Assembly: GCA_050273025.1 (NCBI GenBank)
Contig: CP158635.1
Location: 19,654,001-19,718,000, forward strand
Length of the DNA: 64,000 bases
Reading direction: 5' to 3'
Source: Cenococcum geophilum
Lineage: Eukaryota
Part shown: positions 49,301-61,100 of the stretch, in pieces
How positions within the stretch are numbered: position 1 is the first letter of the stretch
Layout of the letters: every line of letters starts with the position of its first letter
Position numbers and translations under genes: made by a program
Notes under the pieces: model-generated
What the model was told of the DNA's origin: nothing
The model's input: only the letters and a program-made list of their open reading frames with translations
Database searches by the model: none

Positions 49301-52300
49301 AATAAGTAATAATATTAACCAAATTAATTAGACGGATATTATACCTCTAGTAAATAACTTAGAGATATTTTAAATCTTTAAGAACGAAGATAAAGAGGAG
49401 GGAGATAGTGTTACGGACGCTTTAAGTATAATGTTATAACTACTAGGAGAAGAGTCGGAAGAAGCTAGTTAGTTAATTTAGGCATAGTCTAAGATGGAGC
49501 TAATAGAACTATGTGACGAGGAATGGTAACTAAGGTTATATGGAGTGATCTGTATAATCTATAGGATCTATATAATCCGCGATAGAGTAAATAGAGTATA
49601 CGTACATTATGTATAAGAAGAATTTCATAGGAGTACGGTTATATATTTAAGGACCCTTAATCCCTACCTAGATAGTTCCTTCCTTATAGTGATTCTTAGA
49701 ATATAATTAGAGTTAATCTATTAGGCAACCACTCCACCAGTTATTATTACGTTGTTAACTTTTATACTTGCATTTCCTATACACCTAGCCTAATAATAGG
49801 ACCCATTATAGTTCTTGCTATAAGGTTCCGTTACAGAAGGCCTAGTTCTACTTAATCTCTTTTTTATAACTTCGCTCCTTTCTACTTACGTTATTTCTTT
49901 TATATAACTTAATAGCCTTAAGTTTAAGAGTATCTTTAGAGAGAAAGGCCTGAATGGTAAGATTAATAGTATGCCCCTAGCAGCGGATACGTTGTTAGAT
50001 AGGATTCTAGGTAATATCCTTATTATTAGTAAGATATTTATGGATCGTATAATAAAGAGTATTATTTATTATAGAATTATCTGTAATAATAGCTTTAAGC
50101 TTTTATATAATCCTATACTCCTCTAAAACTAGGAGAAGAATATTCTATTATTTAGCTCTATTATAACTAGGCACCGTATAAAGGGTAAAAAGAGCTTTTT
50201 TCTGGGTTTTCTGGCTATTAATAAAGTAGGCGCAAACTGTAAGAAGAAGGTAGTTATTTAGAGACGTCTAGATATTAATAAAAAGATAAATACTTATTAA
50301 TGTTAATTAAACTTATCTTTATATAATGTTTTTCTATAACTAAAAGGAATGGGTAATTATTTGAGAAATTTCTCTATACGTTGTTGTTATTAAATTAGAC
50401 GACTTTGGGTTAAGAGCCTAATAGAAGATATAGAACTCTCCCTATTCTATAATTTAGAATAGAAGGTTTTATATAATAACTAAGTTAATAAGAGCTTGCT
50501 TAATAACTTCCTTATTTAGAACCTTTATAAGAATTATAGAATTAACTTTATCTGTTCTAAATTTTAATACTATTTATACCTAAAGTTCCTAAAGCTTTTT
50601 AAATGCTTACTCCTTTATATAAGGCTCTTTAAAGTTAACGGAGATTGCGTGGTCTTTTATAAGGTGTCTTTTTATATTTATAGTTAATAGTGCTGAGTAA
50701 CTCTTGCACTAATTGCAGTATATAAGCCTTCGGTTCTTTTTATCGTATATTAGCTTGTTCTTATACGGTAGGCAAGTAAATTTATAGACTTAAGATTAAA
50801 GCTAAGCCTGTTGTGTGCTAGAGCTCTTAATTAAGCTAGGAGTATTTTTAAGAAGAGATAAATCCGCTTCTAAAGCCATGTTTGGTGTAATATTGCAGTA
50901 GAAAAGTAGTAAATTTAATGAAAGAAAAATTTGCGGGGATGCCAAGAGAATATCACGATACTTTGATCGATACGAGATATCGTATCGATCGTTGATCGTT
51001 GATCGTATTGAGATAAGATTAGATTTTGCCCTACCCTGATCCCGGGGGGTACAGATGATAGGCAGCAAGGCTGGAATGGATCTCAGATGTCAACCCCGTA
51101 GCTTATTTGCTTGGATTTCCCGCCTTTTTGAGCCTTCCACATTCTCTTCTTCTCAATGCTAGTCACCTCATCCCATCTTAATGGCTGATCCTATTTCCGT
51201 GCTTGGGTTGGCTATTAGCGTCGGTGTCTCACCAGGAGCTCTAAATTCTGGCTGCTACCCATCTTCGGTACCTAAGTATAACCCATCAGCAAGTCCTAGC
51301 AACCCTGGGGCGTCACATACGTCGAATTTAGGGATCTATACGCCCTATTTCGATTCAACACAAGGCTATTCGATGGAAGATCCCTATGGCCACCAACCTT
51401 CGTCTTCTTATCAGCCCGATCTAAATCCCGCCTTAGAATCGCCTCCAACTAAAAAACTCAAAACTGAGGAAAGCTACACGAAAAAGGATTTCTCGCACAG
51501 TATGTCGACCCGGCAATGATTTCAGCCTGGTGAAGGAATAGCCCGCGAAGTCATTACGGCAGATATACAACGAAATCTCGGCCCTGATGCACTGGTGCGA
51601 CCAGGCGAAGGAACAGCGAATATGAAGTAGGTTTTTCCTTATTTTGAATCTGGGCTTGTACACAGACTAATAATGAAAAGGGCCTCCAGGGATACCGGCT
51701 TACTGCATATCGATGTCTCACTAGCGTAAGAGCGTCATCACCCTCTCTAACAAGCCCAGCGATTAACCAATTCTTGTACAGCAAATGGTTCAAGACTTAA
51801 GATTAGATTCTCGGCGGTGGCGAGCTGAAGTTCAAGGTAGGCGAAGCCATAGTTCGATCGCTTGTGATTTGAAACTGACAAGGAGTTAGTTGCATATCAG
51901 GATTCAAGGACTCATCGATCGAGACAGTATTATGGCCCAACAGCACCAGCACTTCCCCACGCGGAGTCAACTCAGGCGCAGCCGACCTATCCCTTTGTGT
52001 GGCAGAACGGACTTTTCGTATTAGGCGCTTTGGGCGTTCCTGCCTGGGTTAGCATGCTACAGGCACCCTAGCTAGCGTAATTTTATTAGCAAGCCTTACC
52101 AAAACGCGTCAGTATTGCGATGCCGATAAAGTGCTGTAGAAGGCTACTACTAAAAACACCTATATATATATTTTAAGGAAGTTAGGCAAAAAGCCGTAAT
52201 ATATAACGTTATAACTATAGGTTTCTACCCTTCCTCTATTAATCAGCTACTAATTATATAGGAAAATCCTCTATTAGAGTCCTCCCTTAAATTACTACTA

Positions 52301-52367
52301 CTTATCCGCTTATACATGTTCTTAATATTAATAATAATAAGCCAGTAAAGGGCTAGCTTAAGGTTAT

Positions 52368-52690
52368 CCCTTGACCCGTCAGGGCGAGCAGAGGGGAAGG
52401 CCTGTGCGCGAACACCAGAATCAGAACAACGCGTGTATCTCTATAGAATTCAACCATCAAATACACCACCACCATGCCTTCCAATTATACCAGAATCGAT
52501 GCAGATCCTATTCAGAAGACTCAATATAAGGTTCCCCCAAATAAGACGGCGAAAATACCCCCCCCCAAGGCCTTGGCCACTCCCCGAATTCGAGCCTATC
52601 TTGTATTCCTGAGCACGGCCACCAAATCCTATTGATCTGATTGGTGGAGTCTTATCGATAACCTGCGTGCCCAAGTTGACGGGTCAAGGG
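52368..52690. mobile_element. Short TIR element (piggyBac-like MITE)
   Basis: Perfect inverted repeat ttatCCCTTGACCCGTCA (52364-52381) / TGACGGGTCAAGGGataa (52677-52694). CCCTT termini resemble piggyBac, but the flanks are TTAT/ATAA rather than TTAA. Confidence 0.65.
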
Positions 52691-52938
52691 ATAAGGGAGG
52701 ACGTGCTATATACGTTAAATGAGGTGTATTAAATGCTACAAGTGGTTAAACGGTTCAACCAGCGGTTATTCGATATCCAAGCGTCAATGAGGCGCCAGCG
52801 CCCTTGCTGCCGAGCAACCGCACTGACCAGAGGCTTCAACACCAAGCTCTATACGGTATAAAGCCTCTAGATTGGCTTATGAGGCGTACATATACGAAAA
52901 GTCCATGAAAAACTTGCCACACGAAGGGATTCCTACCC

Positions 52939-53049
52939 GCAGCCAAGCTACACAAACGTGCAGCCAAGCTACACATACGAGCAGCCAAGCTACACATACG
53001 AGCAGCCAAGCTACACATACGAGCAGCCAAGCTACACATGTGCAGCCAA
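52939..53049 (+). repeat. 21-bp minisatellite, ~5 copies (QPSYTYE in one frame)
   Basis: gcagccaagctacacatacga units start at 52939, 52960, 52981, 53002 and 53023. Confidence 0.92.
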
Positions 53050-53204
53050 CCCGGGCGGGGCCAAGGTATCGGAGGTCCGGGTTAGGCTTGGCATAACCTC
53101 GGGTTACGCACGAGCCCCTAAGGTCCACGACATATCGTCCACATATCGCCTATATGTGGCTCGCTTCGTGGCTCGCTTCCCGGTCAGCTACGTTAATGGA
53201 CATA

Positions 53205-54743
53205 CAAGGGGGTACCACGTACGGGTCGGACGCCCCCACTGTCAAAAACCGTGCGCAATAGAGAGTATCTACACCTGATCCAACCATACAATTTCTCACC
53301 GAGATCACCACTTAGTATGGCCTCCATTTGCAGCAATTACAGCCTCGCAGCGATCGCGCATCTAATCTATATACTTTTTGAAGTCATTCAACTCTAATTT
53401 CTCCCATTCCTCCTTAATATATTATCGCACTTCCACCTCTGTTTTAGGAAATCGTTTACCCACTTAATACTTTAATAGTCGCCAAATATTCTCAATCGGA
53501 TTTAAATCGGGTGAATTAGCAGGCCACCTTATCCTCTATACGTCGTTGCACTCGTGCAGAGCTTTCGTGGCGTTAGCCATATAGGAAGGTGCTCCGTCCT
53601 CCATTAAGATTACGTTTCCCCTGCCTATATATTACTCTATGTAAGCTTTGCAGTGTGTAGGTATTGAACGAGCAACTTAATTGTAAATCTATGGAAATCA
53701 AGTGGTATAAATACATAAAAGTAGACCGAGTCGGTGAGCGAGTCAAGGGCTAGGCAACTGAAACAAGGTGGTACGCTAGTGAGACAAATGACGTTTTGAC
53801 ATGGTACCGGTAGTCGGTTACACTCTACCTCTCTTTTATATGCGTAGATTGTAGGAACTATGTGCTCTCTATATACGTCTCCTGAGATCTTACCCCATTT
53901 CTTTTTAAATACCACCAATTTGCCCTTTCCGTAGAGAGAGATTGTTCTGTGTATTATCTAAGCACTATAGCCACGGAACTTAGGAAAGCAACAGCTGCTT
54001 AAATACTTCTCCTCCGGCTGTTAAGTTACGTATACCTTACCAAAGCCACCTGTTATAAAGGAGGCTTTATCTGTCTATAAAATCCGTGCCTATATCTAAT
54101 TGGGCCAGTTATGGTGTACTAAGGCCTACGCAAGACGATCCTGCTTATATGCCTCTATAAGAAGTGGCTTCTCTATTGCAACACGACGGTGATATTACTC
54201 CTTTTTAAATGCAGTAATAAGTGTACGTCTGTAAGCTTGTACTCCCTCTAATTTAGCAACCTCTTTTAATAGTATATAACGGTAGTATACATTAATCGTG
54301 GCTCGCGTAATTAAACGTTTTTAAATGGGAGTATTAAGTATACAAGGCCTGCCTATAGGCTTTTAAGGAGTCTCGCTGTATAATATAATAGTAGAGCAAA
54401 CAGTTATATATAGAAGTCGTAAGGAGGAAGCAATTTAAGTGTAGTTTTAAGATCCAAAGCGATGCTAAGAAAAGATATGGCAGCGTTCGCGGTAGGTAAG
54501 ATATGTATTTGGTATTCGATTTGGGTCGACATTTTGACGTCGCGGAGGGTGGTGGCCACGGTTGGCGCGAACAAGAGCAGGCATTATGCTTAGAACGAGT
54601 ATACAAGGATAAGATGAAGAGTTTTGCATACAAATAAGGTAGAAATCTCTTTTGTGGTGGTGTGAGAATTTTCAACTGCAGATACTCCGTATTGCGCACC
54701 GACACTGACAGGGGGGGCGTTACCCGTTCGTGGTACCCCCTTG
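53205..54743 (-). mobile_element. Tc1/mariner DNA transposon (RIP-inactivated)
   Basis: TIRs CAAGGGGGTACCACG.. / ..CGTGGTACCCCCTTG with TA duplications at 53203-53204 and 54744-54745. Minus-strand motifs TDKASF (~54058-54075), LMEDGAPSY (~53581-53607) and WPANSPDLNPIENIW (~53483-53527). Confidence 0.93.
53640..53822 (-). mobile_element. Copia solo LTR (183 bp) inserted in the Tc1 element
   Basis: The reverse complement starts TGTAACCGACTACCGGTAC and ends CTGCAAAGCTTACA, as in the LTR at 42641-42875. TSD CTCTA at 53635-53639 and 53823-53827. Confidence 0.92.
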
Positions 54744-54745
54744 TA

Positions 54746-55582
54746 GTCTACTACCCTTTGCGAAAGTATTGCGAAAATCAAAATTAAGCGAGCCTCCCTC
54801 CCGCAGACGTTCGTTTTATAATAATGCTTATACAACCACTAAAAATAAGTCTTATTTTATAAAATTAGTAAATAGAACTATAAAATAGATACTAATTTAT
54901 AATTTTAAATATATAGCAGCTTAGTAAATAGTGTGGTTGTAGAAATTTAGGTGGTAAAGAGTCGGGCTAAGTATACCCTCTCTATCAAAACAATATACCC
55001 CCTATAGCCCCACTAATACAGCTCTATATTTTATAAATAAAGTTATATTTTATAGCCCTATGTTAGGGCTATAAAATAAGCCCTTATTTATATAAATTGG
55101 ACTAATATTAGTGGAACTATGTGGAGTATTTTAGAATGGCCGCAAAACTTAAAATGAGGCTCTGCGCTGACTAACCTGACCCATCTACCCTAAAAATAAG
55201 CACCCCCCATAACTCTACTAAAACAGCCCTAAATTATACAAATAAGGGCTTATTTTATAGCCCTAATATAGGGCTATAAAATATAACTCTATTTATAAAA
55301 TATAGAGCTGTATTAGTGGGGCTATAGGGGGTATATTGTTTTAATAGAGAGGGTATACTTAGCCCGACTCTCTACCACCTAAATTTCCACAACTACACTA
55401 CTTGCTAAGCTGCCATATGTTTAGGGTTACGGGGCAGTATCTATTTTATAGTTTTATTTACTAATTTTATAAAATAAGACTTATTTTTGGTTGTTGTAAA
55501 GGTATTATTGTAAAACGAACGTCTGCGGGGGGAGGCTCGCTTAATTTTGATTTTCGCAATACTTTTGCAAAGGGTAGTAGAC
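54746..55582. mobile_element. Foldback element/MITE with ~350-bp inverted arms
   Basis: 54746-~55097 is the reverse complement of ~55232-55582 (gtctactaccctttgcgaaagtattgcgaaaatcaaaattaagcgagcc.. / ..ggctcgcttaattttgattttcgcaatacttttgcaaagggtagtagac); spacer ~135 bp. Confidence 0.9.
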
Positions 55583-55948
55583 CAAAAAAAAAGGCCGAGC
55601 CCACAGTGTCGGAGCGGCCGAGACCCTCCTGCACTTTCATAGTCCCGGAACGCCTGTTATGTGCACTCCTGCGTGGATTGTTGGCTACCTCGAAGTATAA
55701 GCCCTAATTCAGGCAGGTAAGCATTACTGGAAGCAGACTCATACCAGAATACTAGGACTAATCCATAGATGCTATAACGGCTAATGCTCTTACGCTAAAT
55801 GCTCCTTCTGTCAGTTTTATGTCAAGATTCTTCGTAATCAACAAGGTTTTAGAATACAGTACATTATTCACCCACAAGTTAATGATGAGTGTCCAGTACA
55901 ACATATTATCGTCCTGTTGTTCCACTCAATGAATCTTGTTCACAGCTT

Positions 55949-57063
55949 CTATCGCCTTTCAACATACTCACCCTCGCTTGGTAGTTCTGACAGCGGGACT
56001 CTTGGCTCGCTATCCATCTCAGCAGAAGAGGGGCTGGTGTGCCAGCTCCTGTGCATATCCTGCGCATCTTCCCTGACCATTACAGGACCATACGCGGTTG
56101 TTTGGTTCGACCGTTGACTTCGCTGACCGCGTTTGTAGAGGAAAGCACCTAGGCCAGCAAGTATAAAAAGACCTAGTACTCCGCCAAGTACAGGCCCTGC
56201 GATCCACGCCTTTGAAGTTGAAGATTGGCTTGATGGGGCGCTCGAGGAGCTAGCTGCTTGCATGGGAACAATCAAGCTTGATGCTAGTGTGGGTAGAGTA
56301 AGCGAAGGGGTGGTGGTTGCGGAAACAGATGATACCGATGAGCTCGTTATGTTAATGCTTCTTATATACCTGTTCAGAATTCTTTATTATGCGGTCCATA
56401 TTAAAGGCCGTATACTGCCTTACTTGAAATTGGTCACTGATACCCAACACGCATAGATATATGTCGCAGATGTGTCTTCCGGGGCGGCAAGTAAAGGTAC
56501 GGCTGTGCAAGTATATGGGTCGATACTAGAGGGAAAAAGTCAGTTAACGAGCGGTCCTATGATGCTCAGGAGTCTAAGTAAGCCTACCAAACTATTGGAC
56601 TGGTTGTTCGAGTCATTACCGGAAGTAACGTTGATCCAACGCATACAGTATTCATGTTGCAACCCTCCAACGCTTCGCAACACCGCCCGTACCACGTACC
56701 TCGAGTACCCCAAGTTGACCATTGAGATGAACTGATGCAATAAGTGGCAAGAGCTGCAAATAGTTACCCAGAATGCTTGATATTGACAAACGCTGCATAC
56801 TTACTACTGTCTGACCAGAACCAGAATCCTATAAAGGCACTTTGGCTAGTAATAGATGCGTACAGGGCGGGATCGGTGATTGTGGAATACCCCGTCAGGC
56901 CGGTCCTGAATGTTGTAACGCCGGTCTGGTCACGTTTCAATATGCCAGATGGCGCAAGGTCTGCAGGAGTTGGAGTGATCCGTGGAAGGTCAGGAGTTTT
57001 CGCAGCTGCAACGAGTTGAAACATGCTTATAAGAGTAATAAAAAGACATGAAGGTGCCTGCAT
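55949..57063 (-). CDS. Signal-peptide, single-pass Ser/Thr-rich membrane protein (Mid2-like architecture), multi-exon
   Basis: Signal peptide MQAPSCLFITLISMFQLVAAA with a KR site; Cys-containing middle exons between GT-AG introns; TM AWIAGPVLGGVLGLFILAGLGAFLY followed by KR; AEMDS/SELPS tail motifs. Confidence 0.75.
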
Positions 57064-57120
57064 TTTGGATTGAAGCTTTTAATTCCTGTGGTGATTACAG
57101 TAGAGGAGGGGGGCTGAGTG

Positions 57121-57590
57121 ATATATTATATATTATTATATAACTATTATATAAATAATTCTTTTTTACCTCTATTAAGTTTAATAGTTATATTTTTATA
57201 TAAGTTATAATAACATTTAATATTTATATTTATATTATAAATAAAGGTTTAATATTATAATTTAAACTTATAATATATTTTATAATAACCAGAATTAGTT
57301 ATTAAAAATATGATATAGCTTATTATTATATTTAATAGAATTTTTACTATATAGAAAAGTAGTGTTTTTTAGTTTATACTATAATGTATAATATTTTTGT
57401 ATTTTTATATTATAAAAAGCTTAAGTTACTATATAATAAACTATATTTTAAATTTTATATCAATAGCTATTATAGCTATTTAGTTATAAGTATTTAAATA
57501 AATACTATCTATTTGCATATTTTAGTATTTAATAAGCTATATTTAAATTTTTATAAAATTCTATTAGAAGGTTATTAAGTTATAGGTTTT
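57121..57590. other. Extremely AT-rich tract, probably a heavily RIP-degraded repeat relic
   Basis: Almost only A/T with a TA excess and sharp borders; no decodable protein motif. Confidence 0.6.
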
Positions 57591-58124
57591 GGTAGGGAAA
57601 ACCGTGCATTGAGTGGGACCGTGCACGGAGGGGGGAGAACCCGTATAGACTATGCATACGATGTGGGAAGAGTCTGCACGGGGCGGGGTTGGCCGGACTT
57701 TTCTCGACTAGCGTCACGCCCAGAGGGGACCCTGCAGCCCTGCTATTCACCATTCGTTTCTTTTGTCTAAAGACGACCTTATGCGACCCTTTTGTGGTAA
57801 AAACGTACCAGGCTGTTGCCCAACAGGATTCTCACTGCTTTGAAGGCTGCGTATCCGGCCCCCATGACCGAGATAATAGCATCAGATATGCCAGTAAGAG
57901 GCTCTACATTCAGCTCCCTATGTCTCCTCAGTGCGTCCTTCTGTGCCCGATCCCGATATGTGTATCTTTCGATGCGTGAGTGTTTGTTGGTTTCGACCTG
58001 CCGCCGATTCTGCAAGGCACGAAGAATATCCTCAAATGCTCTTTTCCATATCTTCATGAGACCGCGATATTAACTTTTTCAAGCCGCGACCGTCCCGCCA
58101 GCAGACGTGGGCGATGAGATTCGC

Positions 58125-61100
58125 AATGTTACCAATCTCTGGCCGGGCCCTGCTCCTGCTCGACCTAGCACCATAAGGACCCATTTCACTAGCATCAGTG
58201 GCTCTCTCCCCTTCGTGCAACATGCCAGAGCACGCAGCATTAACTTTGCCAACCGTACCCTAGGCTCCTCGCGCTCTTTGGCGAAAAGTTCGCCCAGCAA
58301 TTCATGAGCGAGTCCTTCAGCTGGCTCGACCACATCGCCTTCGCGATGGCGCCGCTGGGCATCATCACGGCGATCGTGGGCGCCATCCGCGTTGGTGGGC
58401 CTTCGTAGATCCGCGCCGTCATCGGGCGCGCGCGCGAAAACCGCGCCAGCGCCGAGGTTGATCTGATGTCCTCGACGTCGCACGAGGTCTGCGAGTTGTG
58501 GAACGGCGAGTCGATTGTGCGCACGCTGGGACGCCCGCTGGTCAAGCAGCTAGTCGTGCTGAGGCGTGAGATCCATGATGGAGAGACGTTTGGGCTTTAT
58601 ACGCTGGAGTCGGCTGGGGGCCCTATGGAGTGGAAAGGTTGGGCGATTCGTGTCCCGTACGGCGCTGCCCGTGGCTGATTCCTATACAGTATATCAGGGC
58701 CCGTCGATATCACGATGGTCGATGGCATGGAGCGCTTCGGCACCATTGGCGAGGACGCTTTCGCGAGTCAAGACCGGGTTGGGGTTTAGTAAGAAGAGGT
58801 CGACTTGGAGCTCCTGGGATGTTGAGAGGGGGAGCAATTCGGATACCACGGCTACGGTTAGTATTGCTCCTGATACTGCGAAGGTTCGGGAAGGCACATC
58901 AAATACAGGCGACTCCAAGGGCAGCTCAGGCTCGGAAAAGAGGAGCTTGCAACCCACCTTGTCGAAGAAGGCCTCTGGCCAGCTCGGAAGGAAGTCTAGA
59001 CTTGAAGAAGCTCCCAATATTCTTCTAAACCTTCATCATGGCAGCAACACAGGCGACCTAGTCTTCGCTGCCATATCTGGCACTATCTTGCAATTGGGAG
59101 TTCTTGTATTTTCCGGCTTCGCAACCTACTCTAGCAGCATCCGGTCCCATGTCCTTGACGGTCAGGATCGGTCGGGGTACGGTTACCCGCTACTAGCCAT
59201 CGGCACTGTTCTACTAACGATCGGTATGATTATTGCGGCCTATGTCATTGAACAAAGCACGGTTGAAAAAAAATGGCGCGTCAAAACGAATTTAGACAAC
59301 CCACCGGAGGAGGATACGGACTCAGATATTCACGTTCTCTGGCTTCAGAAGCAACACGTTGTCGGCGACCAAAGTTTCGACTCGTTTGTGCTTCAGGCAA
59401 AGGAACACCGAAAGGAGATCTTCACTTCCCGTCGTTCTCCAGTGCTTGCGGAGAGCATCCTCATGGACAACATTTCGCCATCTGCAGACCCCAGGAAGAA
59501 AACCTGGCTAATCAAACGCATATCCAAGAGCATAGCCAGAAATCGTTCTGAGCTGCTCACGTTGCTTGGGGCATTCCTCGGGCTATCCGGCTTCGTTCTC
59601 CAGTTCCAAGGCTTCCGTGGTGTCAACTGAACGTGCGCACTGGCGCAGCTGGCTGCCATCGCCATCATGACTGCGCTACGGGCCTGGGTCCGTCGCGGCC
59701 TCATCGTGCGCCCACGCGCAGACCGCGTCATCCACGAGCATGAAATGGACTGGCTGGCCGACAACATGGCCTCACAGCGAACTCAATTTTGGCCTGAAGA
59801 CGAAAAGAGCACACACTCGCTCGACGTCCCCTACGACCAAGAGTTCCATAGCAGCCAGAAATGGACTATCACGTTTGCCTACCGTGGCTTTCTGGATGGG
59901 CCTGGGCCCGAGGACTATCGGAAGCAGTGGTCGCGCCAAGGACAGCGAGCGGTAGATATTAGACGTAGGCTGGGCTCTTTGACAAAGTGGGCTGGGCCCG
60001 TATCGGAGCCTGCAGCGGTGGCTGCAGCAGCCATTAAGAACGTGATGGACACTTTCCTCGAAAAGGGCGATAGGTTCGTTTGGATTCTTGACATACCGCT
60101 GGGCGAGTCTATCTACCAGATCAGAATCGTTGTCAATCGAGAAGCATCCGAGGAGGTCAAAGGGGGCAGCAGCGGCCAATTAAAGGGGAAGAAGCAGTGG
60201 AAAGACCTTTCAGTAGAGATTGAGGCAGTGCTGTCATTGTGGCTCTTCGACATCAAAAACAACGCCGCTGATACTGGTGGAGATGATTGGAATGACCTTA
60301 CGACTAAGGAGGCGGGTCCCCAGAAGAGGTCCCGACACATACTAGGGCCTAATACGAATAACTGCCTGAAATTGGACGTCGCTTGGTGGATTAGTAATGA
60401 TATCGCTCCCGACGAGAGAGTTGAGGCGTATGAGGAAGAGATTAAGTCGTTGAATAGGGAGATTGTTATTGGATATCGGGATGTACGGATTCAAAGCGAT
60501 GAATCTTGTGAGTACCATCACATATCGCCGTTTCGCCTTGTGTTCAGAAATAGCAAGAAAATGGATTAATCCGATCGTTATCTACAGTATACAAGGTTCC
60601 TTCCAGGGATAAACCGATTACAACTTTAAGTGTTCCTTCCGCGGCGAACCTGGAGCGTCTGCTCGCCCAACATATATTTTCTGGGTTCATGTGGTCGGTT
60701 GCGGACCACATCTCGTCCGAAGAGCTTGCTCGGCCTGTCACTTTCAAAACCTTCGACACATTCAATATATATGACCAGAAGACATGGGGTTCCTGCCGCA
60801 TCGAAAACCCCAAGTTGAATACCCTCATTAGAGATGTCCAGCGGACCGGGATTGGAACCCTTGAGGAAACATCGATGTTCATTATACCTCCCCTTAGTTG
60901 CTCCGGCAAGCTCCCCAGCGAGTCCATTGTGGAGCTGATTCGAGAAAGAGTTCGAGATAACGAGACTAACCGCCACTGGGAGGAATCGTTTCAAGTCTAT
61001 TCGGAACTAATCAAATTGATCAAAGGCGGCGTCACCGATCGGCTCCTCTATAAAGCCGTTGCCGCCGTAGTCGAGTTCCTATTGATTGCGCAGCAGTCCG

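Larger units (their letters stand above)
36306..49835 (+). mobile_element. Full-length Ty3/Gypsy chromovirus 2 (~8 kb of its own sequence; RIP-inactivated; contains a nested Copia)
   Basis: 427-bp LTRs at 36306-36732 and 49409-49835; TSD GAAGG at 36301-36305 and 49836-49840; PPT before 49409. gag ATG 36777 with CCHC at ~43333-43378; protease ALIDSG ~45396; RT VYLNNIII ~46360; RNaseH ETDALD; integrase; chromodomain ~48500-48660. Confidence 0.95.
28359..51038 (-). mobile_element. hAT DNA transposon (~3.2 kb of its own sequence) expanded to 22.7 kb by nested LTR elements
   Basis: TIRs CAGGGTGGGGCATAATCTAATC / GATTAGATTTTGCCCTACCCTG; 8-bp TSD ATCCCGGG at 28351-28358 and 51039-51046; GATC/ATCAT subterminal repeats. 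Minus-strand transposase remnants at ~50880-49841 (BED-like finger, ITDNS..NNT, RIRC-GHTINL), 36300-35495 and 29566-29350 (SNELERVF). Confidence 0.93.
51181..53100 (+). pseudogene. RfeG-like transcription-factor pseudogene, interrupted by insertions
   Basis: Reading through the TGA at 51517-51519 gives Q*FQPGEGIAREVITADIQRNLGPDALVRPGEGT. After introns it continues GLQGYRLTAYRCLTS | QMVQDLRLDSRRWRAE | AYQDSRTHRSRQYYGPT, matching the RfeG family motif order. There is a 1-bp frameshift near 51617. A P/Q/Y-rich tail probably resumes at ~52935. Confidence 0.72.

Noticed and set aside
28359..51038. Large mobile block as a Starship
   Set aside because: No tyrosine-recombinase captain was recognised. 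The size is explained by nested LTR elements inside hAT TIRs with an 8-bp TSD.
52056..52740. ATGCTACA direct repeat as the TSD of a larger insertion around the MITE
   Set aside because: No convincing terminal inverted repeats inside it; may be chance.
52939..53049. Short direct repeats as a CRISPR array
   Set aside because: Contiguous 21-bp units with no unique spacers, in a eukaryotic context; this is a minisatellite.
51517..59630. TGA-to-Trp genetic code reassignment suggested by TGA at Trp positions
   Set aside because: Intact genes here terminate with TGA (e.g. ASA1), and the affected genes carry other lesions. G>A mutation is the simpler explanation.
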